A stretch of DNA of 64,000 nucleotides from Klebsormidium nitens. Taxonomy: Eukaryota; Plantae; Klebsormidiophyceae. The stretch covers positions 6,995 to 70,994 of the forward strand of contig DF237429.1 of assembly GCA_000708835.1 (NCBI GenBank), in the 5' to 3' direction. Positions 12,103-24,158 of the stretch are shown piece after piece. Within the stretch, counting starts at the first letter, position 1. Every line of letters begins with the position of its first letter. Both the position numbers and the translations under genes were made by a program. Below the pieces are notes generated by a model. The model was not told the DNA's origin. It ran no database searches and saw only the letters and a list, made by a program, of their open reading frames with translations.

Positions 12103-15100
12103 TCATGTATTCCGTTTGCTGTTGCGCAATGATCTCCTTGGTTCCGTATCAGTAAGCCTCGTTTTTCTTGTCGAGGACCGATCCTGAACTAGCTGGTCCG
12201 ACTTCGCCTCCCGCGGCGGCGCCTGCTTGCCTCGCACCTTCTCAGCCCCTCGTGTTCCTGTCCTCGGGTCCTTCGATGGTAGCGTCGCCGCCCGACCCTC
12301 TTGCGTTGGCGGCCTTTTCCGCTTTTTCTTTCCGGACGGCACTCCTCCGCCTTCCCGCTTGTCTCCCGCACGCAAACTGCGTTCCTGCTCCGGAACTCGC
12401 TTCCCCGCGGCCTCTAATTCCCCCTCTCGCTCGCGCACTTTTGGCACCCCCCAGACCGCCGCCTCTGCTCGCCCCTTCCTCCCCCTTGTTTCGCGCCCGC
12501 CCGGCAGCTTCCCGTCAGGTGACGTCACGTCGTTGCCGGGTTCGGCATCTGCGGCAGTCTTCTTGGCTCGTGTCCGCTTCTCGGGACTGCGCGCCGGCGC
12601 GCATACCCGCCCATCGATTTCTGATTCTTCCGAACATTCTGAACCTTCGGTACCCGATACCTCGTCTATGTCTGCCGACCCCAGTCTACTGGTCCGTTGA
12701 CGTGGTTTGCTCTCTTTCTCTTCCCGGACGTCTACCCCAGTCTCCTCTCCTGCACTACCCCCGTCTCGAGAAACTCTCCTCAAGGATCTCGTAGGCGACA
12801 CGCTTTTCTTCCCATTCTCGTCCCGCTTTCCCGGTCCAACCTCCCCAACCCCACCGTCCCTCTTCTTTCCTTCGCCCCGCTCTCGTTCGCTTCGTCGTGT
12901 CCCTCGCTCCCCACTCCTTGTCACGCGTGCCGCGTCCTGCATGTGTGTGCTCCTCGTCATACGCCCCGGCTCCTTATTCTTGTCCAACTTCCCTTTCACT
13001 TTTCTTCCATCTTTCTTCTCCCCCGCTTGCACAATCGTTTCGTTGTTACCTTTCGCCCCTTCCACTCTCCCCTTCTTCCCCCTCCTCTCTCCCGGCCCTT
13101 TCTCAGCACCTTCCCTCGTCCCTCCCCTCTGTTGCTCGTCACCTTCTTCTCTCCGTCGTTTCCTCGTGCTTGTGACCAGTTCCTGGCGACTCCGGGTCAC
13201 CCTGACCACCTCCGTCCCTTCTTCGGTCCCCGTTCCTTCTTCCACCTTTCCCCTCTTGGCAGGCCTCCCTTGGCTGCCCTCCGGCTCCGCCGCGCGCTTC
13301 CTCCCTGCCTTTTTCCGCTTCCCTTCCGTTGCGTTCCGTTCCAAATCGTCAGCCCCCGAGTTGCCGCTTCTCTCTGTCACCGGCCTCCCCACAGCCCTAA
13401 GCCGCTGAGAGCTTCTTCCCCCGGGGCTTGCCCCCTGGGCTCTGCTTCCGCGAGCTTGTTCCGCTGCTTCCCCGTCCGCTCTTTTTTCCGCTCTTTGATC
13501 GCCCCCCTTCCGAGCCCCCCGACCCACCGCCGCTTTCTTTTTCGCATCCTTCTTCCCTCGCGTCGCTCCCCGCTGCGCTTTCCCGTCCGCTTGCACGGCC
13601 CCCTTCTTCGCTGGCCCCACCCGCACCCCAACTCTCGCGCCCCGCCCTCCTTTCTTTTGTGCACCTTTGCCGGTAGCAGTCCCGACCCCCTCGTCTTTCC
13701 TGACTTTCTTCGAAACTGGTCGCTGCACTTTTGCCCTCCCCACTTGCGTTTCTTCGCGGCCCCCATGCGCCGCGGCTTTCCTTCCCGTCCCTTCCGCCCC
13801 TGTCGCCGCATCTTCCTCCGCCTTCTTCCGCTGCTTCGCCTCTTTCTCCGCTTCTTTCTCCCGCATCCGTTTCGCCCGCGCTTCCTCCCTTTCTCTCCTC
13901 AATGTCTCCTTCATCGCTTCTCTTTTCTTTTGCGCCTCGTCTCTTTCTTGCTGTAACCTCCTTCGCGTCTCTTCCCTCGCTCTTTTCCGTGCCTCTTCCT
14001 TCCGTTTTCGCTCTTCCTCCTTCCGCTGCCGCTTCTCCTGTCGCTCCTGCTCCTTCCCTAGCCGCGCCGCCACCCGCTCCGCCGCCGTGCCGTTCCTCTC
14101 TTCCGCTGCCTCTCGTTCCGCCCGATCCGCTGCACGGCGCCTCCTGTCTTTCTCCCTTCTCTGCGCCAGTCTCTCTTCTAGGGTGAGCTTTGGTTTCGAC
14201 ACTCTGACGGCAACGGGTCCTCGCGGCGCCCCTTTGGCCCGAGCCCCTGTTCGCTGGTCGCCTCTTATTTGACCTACTCCTAAATGTCCGTTTGCTTGCG
14301 CTATAACTGGAGGGGGTTGGCTTGCAGTCACCGGCCGTGCTACGGGAATGACCGGCCTGCGGAGAAACGAAGTTGAATTCAGCATGCGAATGCCAAACCT
14401 TGCGCAAAAAATCGAGGGCGACCTACCTGGTTAGCGAGACTTCTGGAAGAATAGCACATTGTCCCCGACATGGATCAAACTCTTCCTGCGTTGAATTGGT
14501 TCTTCCGATAGTCAGGCCCGCCCAAGTGACTGCCATTCAAAAGTTGACAGTTGAGTGTAAGAGCTTCCGGCAAGAAAGGCAACTTCTTCAATTCACGAGT
14601 TGAGGTTGCTGCAAACAGATTGTAGAATCTCGGATTGATACAGAAATCTCAATTCGAACCGAGATTGATTAAGAAAGCCAGCTCTCTAGTCCCCCCGACA
14701 CACACTCCAACTCCCAACGTTCTCAAAAGTAAAAAAGCAGCCACTCACTGCACATGCCGCTGCATAAAGTGCACGCTCTTCCCGTCGACCACCGCCGCGG
14801 GTTTCCCGGTCCGCCCCACGTGCGTCGGCTGCACCTTCTTCGCATGCACCAACCGCAAAACATTTGAAAGCCCCGGTTCCAAAGGCGGAGGAACCGCCTT
14901 TGAGAGCGCCAGGGGGGGCGGTAGCCGGCTCTTCCCCGTCTTTCTTATTCCCGCCGTTTCCTTTGCTTGCTTGGGCTTTCTGCCCCGTTTCGAATGACTG
15001 ATCTCTGTGATTTTCTCGCGCGGTACGATGGCGGTCTTTCGCTTGGCCTCCCGGGCTTGAGCTGCTTCGCGCCGGCGGATGAGGCGCGATGCGTTCGAGT

Positions 15101-18100
15101 CGGCGACGGTCAGTTGTAGCTCCGGGGGGGCAGCGGGCGAGGGAACGGTGGTGATTGGCTCGATCATCTTGTTAGTAACTAGGGCTTCGTAGTGCCTGCA
15201 CGGGGAAAAGAGTGGATCCGTTAAGAACGCCTTCAGCCTAAGAAATATGGCGGACGTAGAGGTAAAGCGGGCAGCAGGAAAGGAAGTTGGGCTAGAGCAC
15301 GCTTTCTGTGCCCATGCAGCCGACAGCAGCAGGGACAGAAAGATGGAGCCAAGGGCCAACAGGCCGTCTAACCGGCCGTTACACTCGACGAGATCACTTC
15401 CGAGCTCCGCTGACTGGCCTCGTCTAACAAAATAACTCGTTAATATAGTCCAGGTAACCAAGCCAAGTCTGACACGTCGGGTATGCCGACAGCCCTGGAA
15501 AAAGCAATCCTGGACAGAGCAGACACCACTCCACGCTCGAATAGCCCGAGACGCTACGCCCAACAAGCATTTCACCATTTGCTGTCCAGCGGCGCATCCT
15601 CACTTTCGCAGCCTATCGTCGGTGCGCTTGAGCGGCCGCCCCGCGTTGAACTCGTCCGCGAGCTGCGCCCACTTGCCCGCCCCTAGTTGCCGCACCAGCG
15701 CCTCCAGCCGCGCGTCCTCCTCCGCTGTCCAGGGGGACTGGTCCACCGACGGGTCCAGCACGTTCACCCACCTGCGATCGCGTCAGCGGTGACGTCAGCC
15801 GATTGGAGCAGGAGTTCGTGCTGACGTCATGCATGATATCAACGAAAATTACGGGCCCTTCCGGCGACTTTGAACGGGAGGTAAAGGAACGCAGGGCCAC
15901 CATTTCATCCATTCTTCCCTCAAATCTTCACACCAACATGCTCACGACAAATTGAGAGAAGGAACCAGAAAAGACCAGGCTAAAAGACCAGGCTTCATAG
16001 AAAGGGTTGACCAACTGCAAAACCTAGCTTTTGCAAACAGGAAATTCGAATTCCTCCCGAATCTGCTCATGCCAGTGCCCACAGATACTTTGTTGTATGC
16101 ACAGATCCCACTGGTCAGCACGAAGGAAACAGCTCATACATCTCACATCTTTCTGTATCGGAGATCAATGTGCAAGCCCTTGCAAATCATTCTGTGATAC
16201 GTGTCGGGCTCACCTCTCCCTGCACTGCGGGTCCGTCCTTGTGCCCACGACTTCGGCGACGTGGACCCAGGAGGTGGTGCCAAATGCCGCCACTGCGTAG
16301 CGCAGCCGCAGGTTTTCCTCCTCCGTCCACAGCTGCTTACGCACGGGGCCCAGCCTGGAGAAATAAGCGCGGGCGTTTAAAAGGAAGGGGAATGACATTG
16401 TAAGCACGTGAGGGCGTATGAACGCAAGCAAAAAGTTTTGCATTTGTAGGGACGCCTTCTTAGCAGATTCTCCTCGGCGACCTGTTATCATTGTCTCATT
16501 TGTCAGTATGTCGGTGGATTCGAGACTGTGCACAAGATTGCACTTTGCTGAGGAACTGCTCGTTGACGAGCTATCGAAACGAGCAACCGTCAACAGACTC
16601 TCTGGTGGCACCAGATTTCATGGAAGAGCCTGCTCCAGAAGAGCAGAGAAGAAGAACACGATGTTCCAGATTAACCGTCCGTTGGGCGACAGATCACCAA
16701 GGAACACCCAGATACATAAGAAACGCGCTTGCTCACTTGTGTCTCCATTGCGCTGGTGGCCGTCCAGGCCCGCGGCGTTGCGCTGGCTCCGGCCGGCTTT
16801 CCATGTCGGGTACCGGTGTGCCAACTACGCCAGAGGATTCACAGGCACTGCAAAACGGGAACGCGCTCGGGTGAACAGACTCCAAGCCAGTAGCAGCACT
16901 GCGCCTTTAAACGCCAAAATCATGTTGTTTGAGCCTCTTTTTGAATCCTTTGTCGGGATGTGAAACATTTCGAAGCACTTTTAGCGCTACTGATTCCTTA
17001 TCCTGGGGCCCGAGGACATGGACCCCCGACTTCCACGTCTGAATAGATCCACGACCGGAAGCGGTTCGTATCATTTCTTAGAGAGCAGGCACGAGCAAAG
17101 TGGACTTGCGAACGAGTACCGGCGCTTGGCGTTTTCGTGCCAGAGGCAGTAACAATCAACAAAGCGATATTCTGCTGACTGGCAGTAGGCAGTCCAAGTT
17201 CTTGATCGACAATATTGCCAGCAATCTGCTTATGATCACTGTCTCTTCGTGTTACACCCGGTTGATCGACGGCTCAAATGGCACCTCACAAAGCTGAACT
17301 GCGACTGACAAGAAAGTAGCACGAAAGCGTGAACGGGAGTTTCTTCTAGGTTGGCATCTTCTGAAAAGACGATGCACCATGTAACGTGGCTCGCACGAGA
17401 GCCTTACCTTGGCTCGGGCCTCTCTTCTCGGAGGTCTCGTTGGTAGTGCATCAAGCACGCCGCGGCGGTCCTCCCAGTCCCCAGCTCCGCAGCAACCGAC
17501 ACCTGAAAGCAAAGAGATTTAATATCAAAAATGATGTCCAAACAATCATTTGGAAGATTCTACGCGGCTGTACACGTCGAGCGGAGCACGATTATGTTGG
17601 GGACGTGAGACATATTTCGAAGCTTTTTCGAACTTGACTTCCATGCATCTCGAAAGCCGAGGCTAACAAATTTCGTCGTCTAAATTTTCAGATCACGATA
17701 AGATGCAGTCTTGATAGCGGAGAAGCCAGAAGCACCGGACTGCAGCTCTGCATTCTGCGGGCGCGTCGGAAGACAAGACTCAACAAGGAACAAACCAACG
17801 CATGAGGACGCAGACACGGAAATACGTTCTTAAAATCTGCTCACCCAGTCGTGTCCCTCGTGCTTAGTCACGAGCTCCTTTAGTTGCTCGTCCTCATCGA
17901 GGGTCCACGGACCGCGGTTGATCCCCGGAGCGCAGTCGGCGGTCCAACTGCACGTGCAATTTTTTTTCACCAGCTAAGAAGCAAGAGCACTGAGTTCGCA
18001 TCCAGCATACAACAAGCGAGGCATGGGATCTTTGTGACACGTCTGGATGTCTAGCCTCCCTGTTCCGTAGCCAGGACGCAACGTCTGGTCGATTCTAGCA

Positions 18101-20314
18101 TTGAACTGAGTACGATTCAAACGAACGACATCTATTTCGTGTCGGACACAGCAGCTAAGCATACTCGAACTCAGTTTCGTGTTGAGCTTGAAAAAGAGCG
18201 GCGTCAAGCTCACCAGGCTTGGCAGTCTTCCGCCGTCTTCCCGACCAGCTTTGCTTTCGTCATCACGTTCTCCCAGTCCAAGGTCGGAAGCGCGGCCGTG
18301 ATGTCATCATCGGTCACTGGGCGCTGCCTCATCTGAGCCATCCCACTGTGCAGTGCGCTCAGTGACACGCCCGTGCCTTGTTCGCGCCCCTCTCTGGAAA
18401 CGTAGAACATTTCGTGAGCCCGGTGTGCCTTTTCGTTTAAAGGGACAAGTCGTTGAACAAAGCAGCCACCATGCCACTTTCGAGCTTTGCAGTATACTTC
18501 GGTAGTATGGCAAACGTGGTGACGGCCCAGTCACACCATTTGTGTGACCCCTAAGGGAACTGGTGACCATCAATTTGTCAAAAGATTGGTCTCTTTTCTT
18601 ATGGCTCGATGAGCTTTCTTCTGTTTCATAAATGTTTCAGATAACGATAGCTGGCAACGTTGCAATCATTGATGCCATTTCTGATGGCAAAAAACGCCAA
18701 AACGGGACGATGGTTTCGCCGGACTCCATGAACCATGACGCCCTTCCTTTTGAAACGACTCAGCCACGGCCACGGAAGCCCCTTGTCGAACAGGCGCATC
18801 GTTACGAACCGGCAACCGGTCAACACTATATGTGCCTTGAGTGATCAGACGGCGGGTGTGTCAAGGTTTCCACACTTGTAAGTTGATCAAGGCCCTCTTT
18901 GCAGATAACCAATCCCAACAGACTGTGAACAGACCCTCTGTTAGCCCCTTGTACCAAACGAGCACCGCCAACTAGAAGCGCCCACCTTTGCAGCGCGGCC
19001 GTCAGGTCCGTCTCCCACTTCCCTTGCACCTGCGGCCGAATCGCCCCGACTTGCCAACTTTTACAGGCCCAACAGACTGTAAACAAACCAGCTGGCCAGA
19101 ATGTTAATAGCCTCCTTCTTCGTGAAAATGCACAAGCGGCGCCAATGCGTGCCCACCTTTGCAGCGCGGCCATCAGTTCCGTGACCCACTTCTCCTGCAC
19201 CTGCAGCCGCACCGCGCCCCGCAGCCGCTCCTTGTCCGCCTCGCTCCACCGCTGCTCCCGCGCGCATGCCGCCAAAACCGCCCGCACCGGCTGCGTGCGC
19301 GCGATGTCGGGGTTTTCCTCGGGGCCCGTACCATCCAGTGCGACGAAGATCTGGGAGTCGGGGAATGAGTGAGCTTGAAGAAGATCGTTCAGAGAAGGAA
19401 TGTTAGTTGAGCGTCTGAGAGAGGGCATTCCGACAGAGATGCCAGTGAGTGACGCCCTGACTAAGTGGCAGAATCTTGTGCACGGTTGAGTCCGGGCGCC
19501 GTCCAGCTTTTCTTCGATAATGTGCGGTCTAATGCAACAAAGACCTAGGCGCGGGGGAGAGGAGTGAAAGTGAGCGGAATATGCGGAGGGAGGGATGCGG
19601 ATTGAGCAAGTGAGAGAGGCTACTCTGACGAAAATGAGGGACGTTGAAAAGCTGGCTGAATGCGTAAACATAGGCCGCAATTGGTTCAAAGAGTCTGGAA
19701 AGGCCAGGAAGTGGGCTGTGAAGAGAAGGTTCTGAGATCGAATGGCGGTAGAACACACCGATTCCTCCGTCATTCATCTATACAAAGAAGTTACAACCGA
19801 ATGAGTGACAAGCACACAAAGGGCGCCATGGATACTGTCTGTCCCATATGCCGCAATGAATAAGTGATACGAAGGAGAAGCAACCAACTCAGAAACATCC
19901 ACAAAAGGCCCCCGACCGCAACGTCGAACCCACCACCCAGCATCGCCAACATTCACATGTCACAAATGCGCCCCTCACTCTGCTGCAGCCGGTGCGCCTC
20001 GACTTGGGTTTCTTCCGCCCGGGCCAATCCAGCCCCGCCGTGCGCACCCCCATGTCCGCCTCCTTCGGTTTCGCCCCCACCTCCTTGCTCGCCTTGACCA
20101 CCGCCCGTACCTTCTTTTGGAGCATCGCGTTCGCGCGGATCCGTTCCTGGATCGCCTCGAGGACTGCCGTCATTGACTTCTGACACGCGCGGTTCCTCTG
20201 CAGAGCCTCCATTATGAGCTCGGGATTGTCTGCTGAAGCAAAGGGCAGGATTCCAGGGGCCTCGGTATGAGAGGCCCCCCCTTCCGGAGGGGGGTCTGCG
20301 GTGGTTTGTTCCAT
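12103..20314 (-). CDS. SNAPC4: SNAPC4 / MYB4R1-like Myb-repeat protein (snRNA-activating complex subunit 4 family), ~1342 aa
   Basis: 10 phase-compatible exons: 19979-20314, 19157-19350, 18214-18393, 17845-17947, 17408-17502, 16737-16847, 16214-16354, 15604-15771, 14749-15195, 12103-14356 (4029 nt). N-terminal ALQRNRACQK..IQERIRANAMLQKKV coiled segment, GPEENPD and WSEADKERL..VRLQVQE, Myb repeats PWTLDEDEQL..DWVSVAAELGTGRTAAACLMHYQ, WTEEENLRL..WVHVAEVVGTRTDPQCRERW, PWTAEEDARL..KWAQLA; long K/R/E/G-rich tail. Confidence 0.85.
18915..19225 (-). repeat. Diverged ~170-nt tandem duplication of SNAPC4 exon 2 3' end, donor and intron start
   Basis: GCCGCGCTGCAAAG|gtgggc at exon end 19157 and again at 18986; shared downstream gtt(t/c)acagtctgttggg. 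Confidence 0.9.
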
Positions 20315-21693
20315 GGGGGGCGGTCAGATGCAGCGGTCTTGGAGCTGCACTTGCGGATCACCTGCACACACCAGAGCTCATCCTAAGAATCGCATGAGGC
20401 GGTTAAGTGGCCATATGCACATGAAACGACCTGTCTGAGTGGTGGCACTTTACAACAAGGTTCTTCCTGTCCATAATCCAAGATCCGGAAGCAAACCACA
20501 TAGGTGCAACATCTAAGGCTCCTGTGTTGGCACTTGGCGAGCCTCACCAAAGGGTATGCAACAACATCAGCAATTGAACAAGCAAAATTGAAGAATGGCA
20601 CCGGAAGAATGTGAATCTGACTGGAGCTTCTCCTGTTGAAAAAGTTCTGCTCGTTTCAACACGGACGCTGCAATCACCATAGATATTGCCCAGATCCCAT
20701 GCAGATTACTTGAGAGAGAGTTGAACGCACCTATCTCTGACATTGTCGGCCTCAGCACCTGGTCGACGCGATGCCTGATCAGGCCCAACTTATTGGCCCC
20801 GTGGACGCATACTCTGGCATGGGTTAAAACAAATTCTCACTGCGAGCGCCCCACAAGAATTGGATCAGAAAGCTTGGCTGCAACTCTTGGGGCTGAAGCT
20901 CTCAGAGCGGGCCTCCAATCCTCAAGAAGCTACATGACGAGCTCAAACGCTAACGCACGGCCCTATCAATGGTAGACTAGCCACCCCAACTTCAAGCTTT
21001 CAATACCTAGGCCGGAAACATCCTTTACTTTTACAAAAGGCGAAACCCAGTGCATGGCGCCTGGGTTGTGCCGCACCATGTTGCAGAACAGCAGAGGAAA
21101 AGGTCGGAACGAGATGCAGAGAGTTTGGCAGTGCAGACTCGTGAGAAGGGAAGCTTCATGCGCAGTCTCCACGCTCTAGTTTGCGCCAGAGCGTGATAAC
21201 GGCAGAAACCGGTTGGATTCTCGGCTGCTCGATCTTCGACGTTGTACGTCTGCGAAACATCTGAGAGGTGTGTCTTCCAATCTGGCTCAAGCTGTGCTTG
21301 ACTTTCGTTGTCGAAACGGTATCAAATGGGGTAACGATAACGGCGTGCAAGGGAGCCCTCAGCTCTTGCCATATTGGGTGCGTGCCATTCACTGGTCGCG
21401 CAACCTTCTCAATCTTCTCCGATGTTTGCAAGCAGCAAGGGGGCCGGTGTGCTAAAGGCTAAAGCGTAACGCTCTTAAGCTATCTTTGAAAATTTCTAAA
21501 GGGAAAAAAGGAGCAGTGCCCTCTTCAACACGGAGGATTGTGGCCAGGTTTAGAGTTCTTGGTGCCAGTACGCCGCCGTCTATGATCAAAGAGCTACTCA
21601 TTTTCTTTAAAAGTATAGTTTTGATCGAGCATCGAGAGGTGCAATAAAAGCCTTTGAAGAGTGTTTGGTGCAAGCACCGTCCTCTACGAAAAG

Positions 21694-22726
21694 ATGGCGT
21701 CAGGAAAGCCCGAACAATTTGAGTGTCGGCGGCCAGCCAATCCAGAGAACACGAAGTTCCAGAATATCAAAGAGCACTTTGAGGACTTCAAGAACGCCTC
21801 CATGGAGGAGCACAAGAAGTGCCTCATGAACACTTTCAACAAAGTGAGTGCCACTGGTTTTGCTATGGTTCAGGTCTGGATGAGTCAGATAGACGACAGA
21901 TTGTGCTCCGCGAATTGCATCGACTTTGTGTGGTGGGTTTTGCTTTATCCAACTTGAGACCTCTGATACATCTTGCCAAGGCAGGTGTTGACATTGTGTA
22001 GGTATCAGGATTTTCTTGATTTCACAGATCTTTCATATTGCCACTTTGTGGTGCACTCTATCCTGGGTCAACTTTCAAACATGTGATTTCTTAGTTTTCA
22101 ACACAATGACGCCTTAGCGTCTCGATCTAGAGCCTGTGACCTCAAGGTTGCGCCACAGCCGGCACCACTTCATGGATTGCAAAACATTGATATCGCTATT
22201 CGTCGATCTTCTGAGAGCACCGTAGAAGAGGGCGGTTTGTGGCACAGACTTGCTGTGTGCCAGCCTGCATCATTGTTTCCCCTGGTCATCAGCCACTATG
22301 GACTAGAAAACGGACCGTAGTGTGCTGCTTATATAATGAGTCACCGCGGGCTATGCGATACATGTTGCTCGTGACAGCCCAAACAACAAATGGTCAGACC
22401 GTATGGAAAGACAAAGTAGACCATTGGTTAGGTATTCTGGTCAGGAAGGTATTCTACTTGATATCTGTATTGTCCGCAAGTATGTATGATCAGATTCTGT
22501 AGAGAACAGAGTCTGCGCAAAAAAGGAGACTTCCCTGACCTTTGTCTCTTGGTTGCTGACTTTATTACAACCGGGAGCCACTTCACGCTGCCTGCAGGTG
22601 TTTTCCATAGGCAGCAGCAAGCCGGCTGCGGAGCCTGCCCCAAAGCAGGTGCTAGCGGGCGCCTCACAACAAAGTGCACCACAGGAGGTCGAAAGTGTCT
22701 TGAAAGTACGGGCTACTAGCTTATAA
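21694..22726 (+). CDS. Small 92-aa protein of unknown function
   Basis: join(21694-21843, 22598-22726): MASGKPEQFECRRPANPENTKFQNIKEHFEDFKNASMEEHKKCLMNTFNK|VFSIGSSKPAAEPAPKQ...RATSL*; strong AAA|gtgagt donor, GCTGAC branch point and ctgcag acceptor, GC-rich codon usage. Exon 2 choice is less certain than exon 1. Confidence 0.65.
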
Positions 22727-24158
22727 CCATACCCTTCAGAGTGCAGAAAGGCAAGCAGGTAAGCTATATGCTGGGTTTCTTCTTTGTTGCGTGCCGATCT
22801 GCTTAGCATGCACCATTTTCTTTCGGCACTTTCCACGGTGCTTGGTTTTCAATCCAAGCTGGCTCAAGCGCCACCTCTGCACCACTATCGACTGATCACA
22901 GCAGCCATCAATGGATTAGCGTCAGCGCACCTAGAGACTCCTAGCCGCGCCCTGATTGCTGATGTATGTGGATTGAGCTTGGCCATGTTTGATATGTTGG
23001 TACGAGTTATAGTTGAAGGATGATAGTCCTTTGTCTTATATTCATGATAGTCGCCTTGTCTGATAGAACATTGTCCAGGTGATGCAGGAAAGGTCAGCTG
23101 TTGTAAATATCAGGTGGCTCTCCATGCTATAAATTTGCAGCCGAGAGCAACCAGATGTTAGACCGGGAGCCGTCAAAAAGGCCTGGATAAGCTGCGCATG
23201 GACGAGCTCGAATCGGAAATTCGTGACGACGGTACCCATTCCTTTGCACAGGCTGAGGCCATTTAGATTTAGCGCCCCTGGTTCCTCGATCTAGTGCCTG
23301 CAATGATCGGTGCAAAGTCTTGTGTTCAATTGGTTTCTTGGCTGCGGACTTCTGCAAAGATTTTGATTTGGCCGCCAGCTCTACTAAGAGGGCTTGCAGC
23401 TAGCCATGCAGCCGCCAATGATTGCAGCCACGCCAGCCAGCCAGGCTGGCAGATGCAGAAGATATTACTAGCTTTCGTTATCGCCGACAAGTTGGTCATT
23501 CGCAGATGTGCACTTAAGCGTCGGACAGTTTGATGAAATGTTTGAGGGCCGCCATTGTGGAATTCATGCAAATGATACCGCACGGTTCGCATATACGCAC
23601 TTGAAATCAAACGTTGCATGCAGAATTCCGGGCTCTCAGTCATCATTCTTGTACAATTCAATATGCTGCATCTTGGCGTATATGTTTCGTAATCATTGAT
23701 GTGGCCAGTACATGGCGCTGCGCACGTCGGACGGTATGTACATGTGTGACCATCATGCCATGAGACGGAAGTTCAACAATGCTGAATAACACTTTGACGG
23801 TTGCCTAGCACGGTGGCCAGCTAGCGGGCAAGCAACCGAACTATGCACCATGGCTCAATGCATGATGTGGACTAGGGCAAGATTCATACGAGGACACCGT
23901 TGACAACGCACGCAATGATTGTCGAAACAAACTACCCAAGCGCTGGCACCGTGGATACTGTACGGTCTGCAATAAGCGACTAGCAAGGGAGGCAGCTCAC
24001 TCCAACTTGCTCCTGGAAGAAACATCATTTATCAACGAGATCCTTTCTAACTCCATTAATCCCCACACTCCTAGGTAACGGACCGTATAGGAACTTATCC
24101 ACTGTAGGACTGTACAATGAACAACGAGCAATCACAACACGCCAACTCCGCGACTGGA

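Noticed and set aside
12168-14186. Long plus-strand ORFs (208, 419, 233, 201 aa) antisense to SNAPC4
   Set aside because: Shadow ORFs caused by the pyrimidine-rich antisense of a purine-rich exon; F/L/P/S-rich translations with no motifs.
21694-21843. Initial impression of an MDM35/TRIAP1 twin-CX9C protein
   Set aside because: Only two Cys, not in CX9C spacing; no gene symbol assigned.
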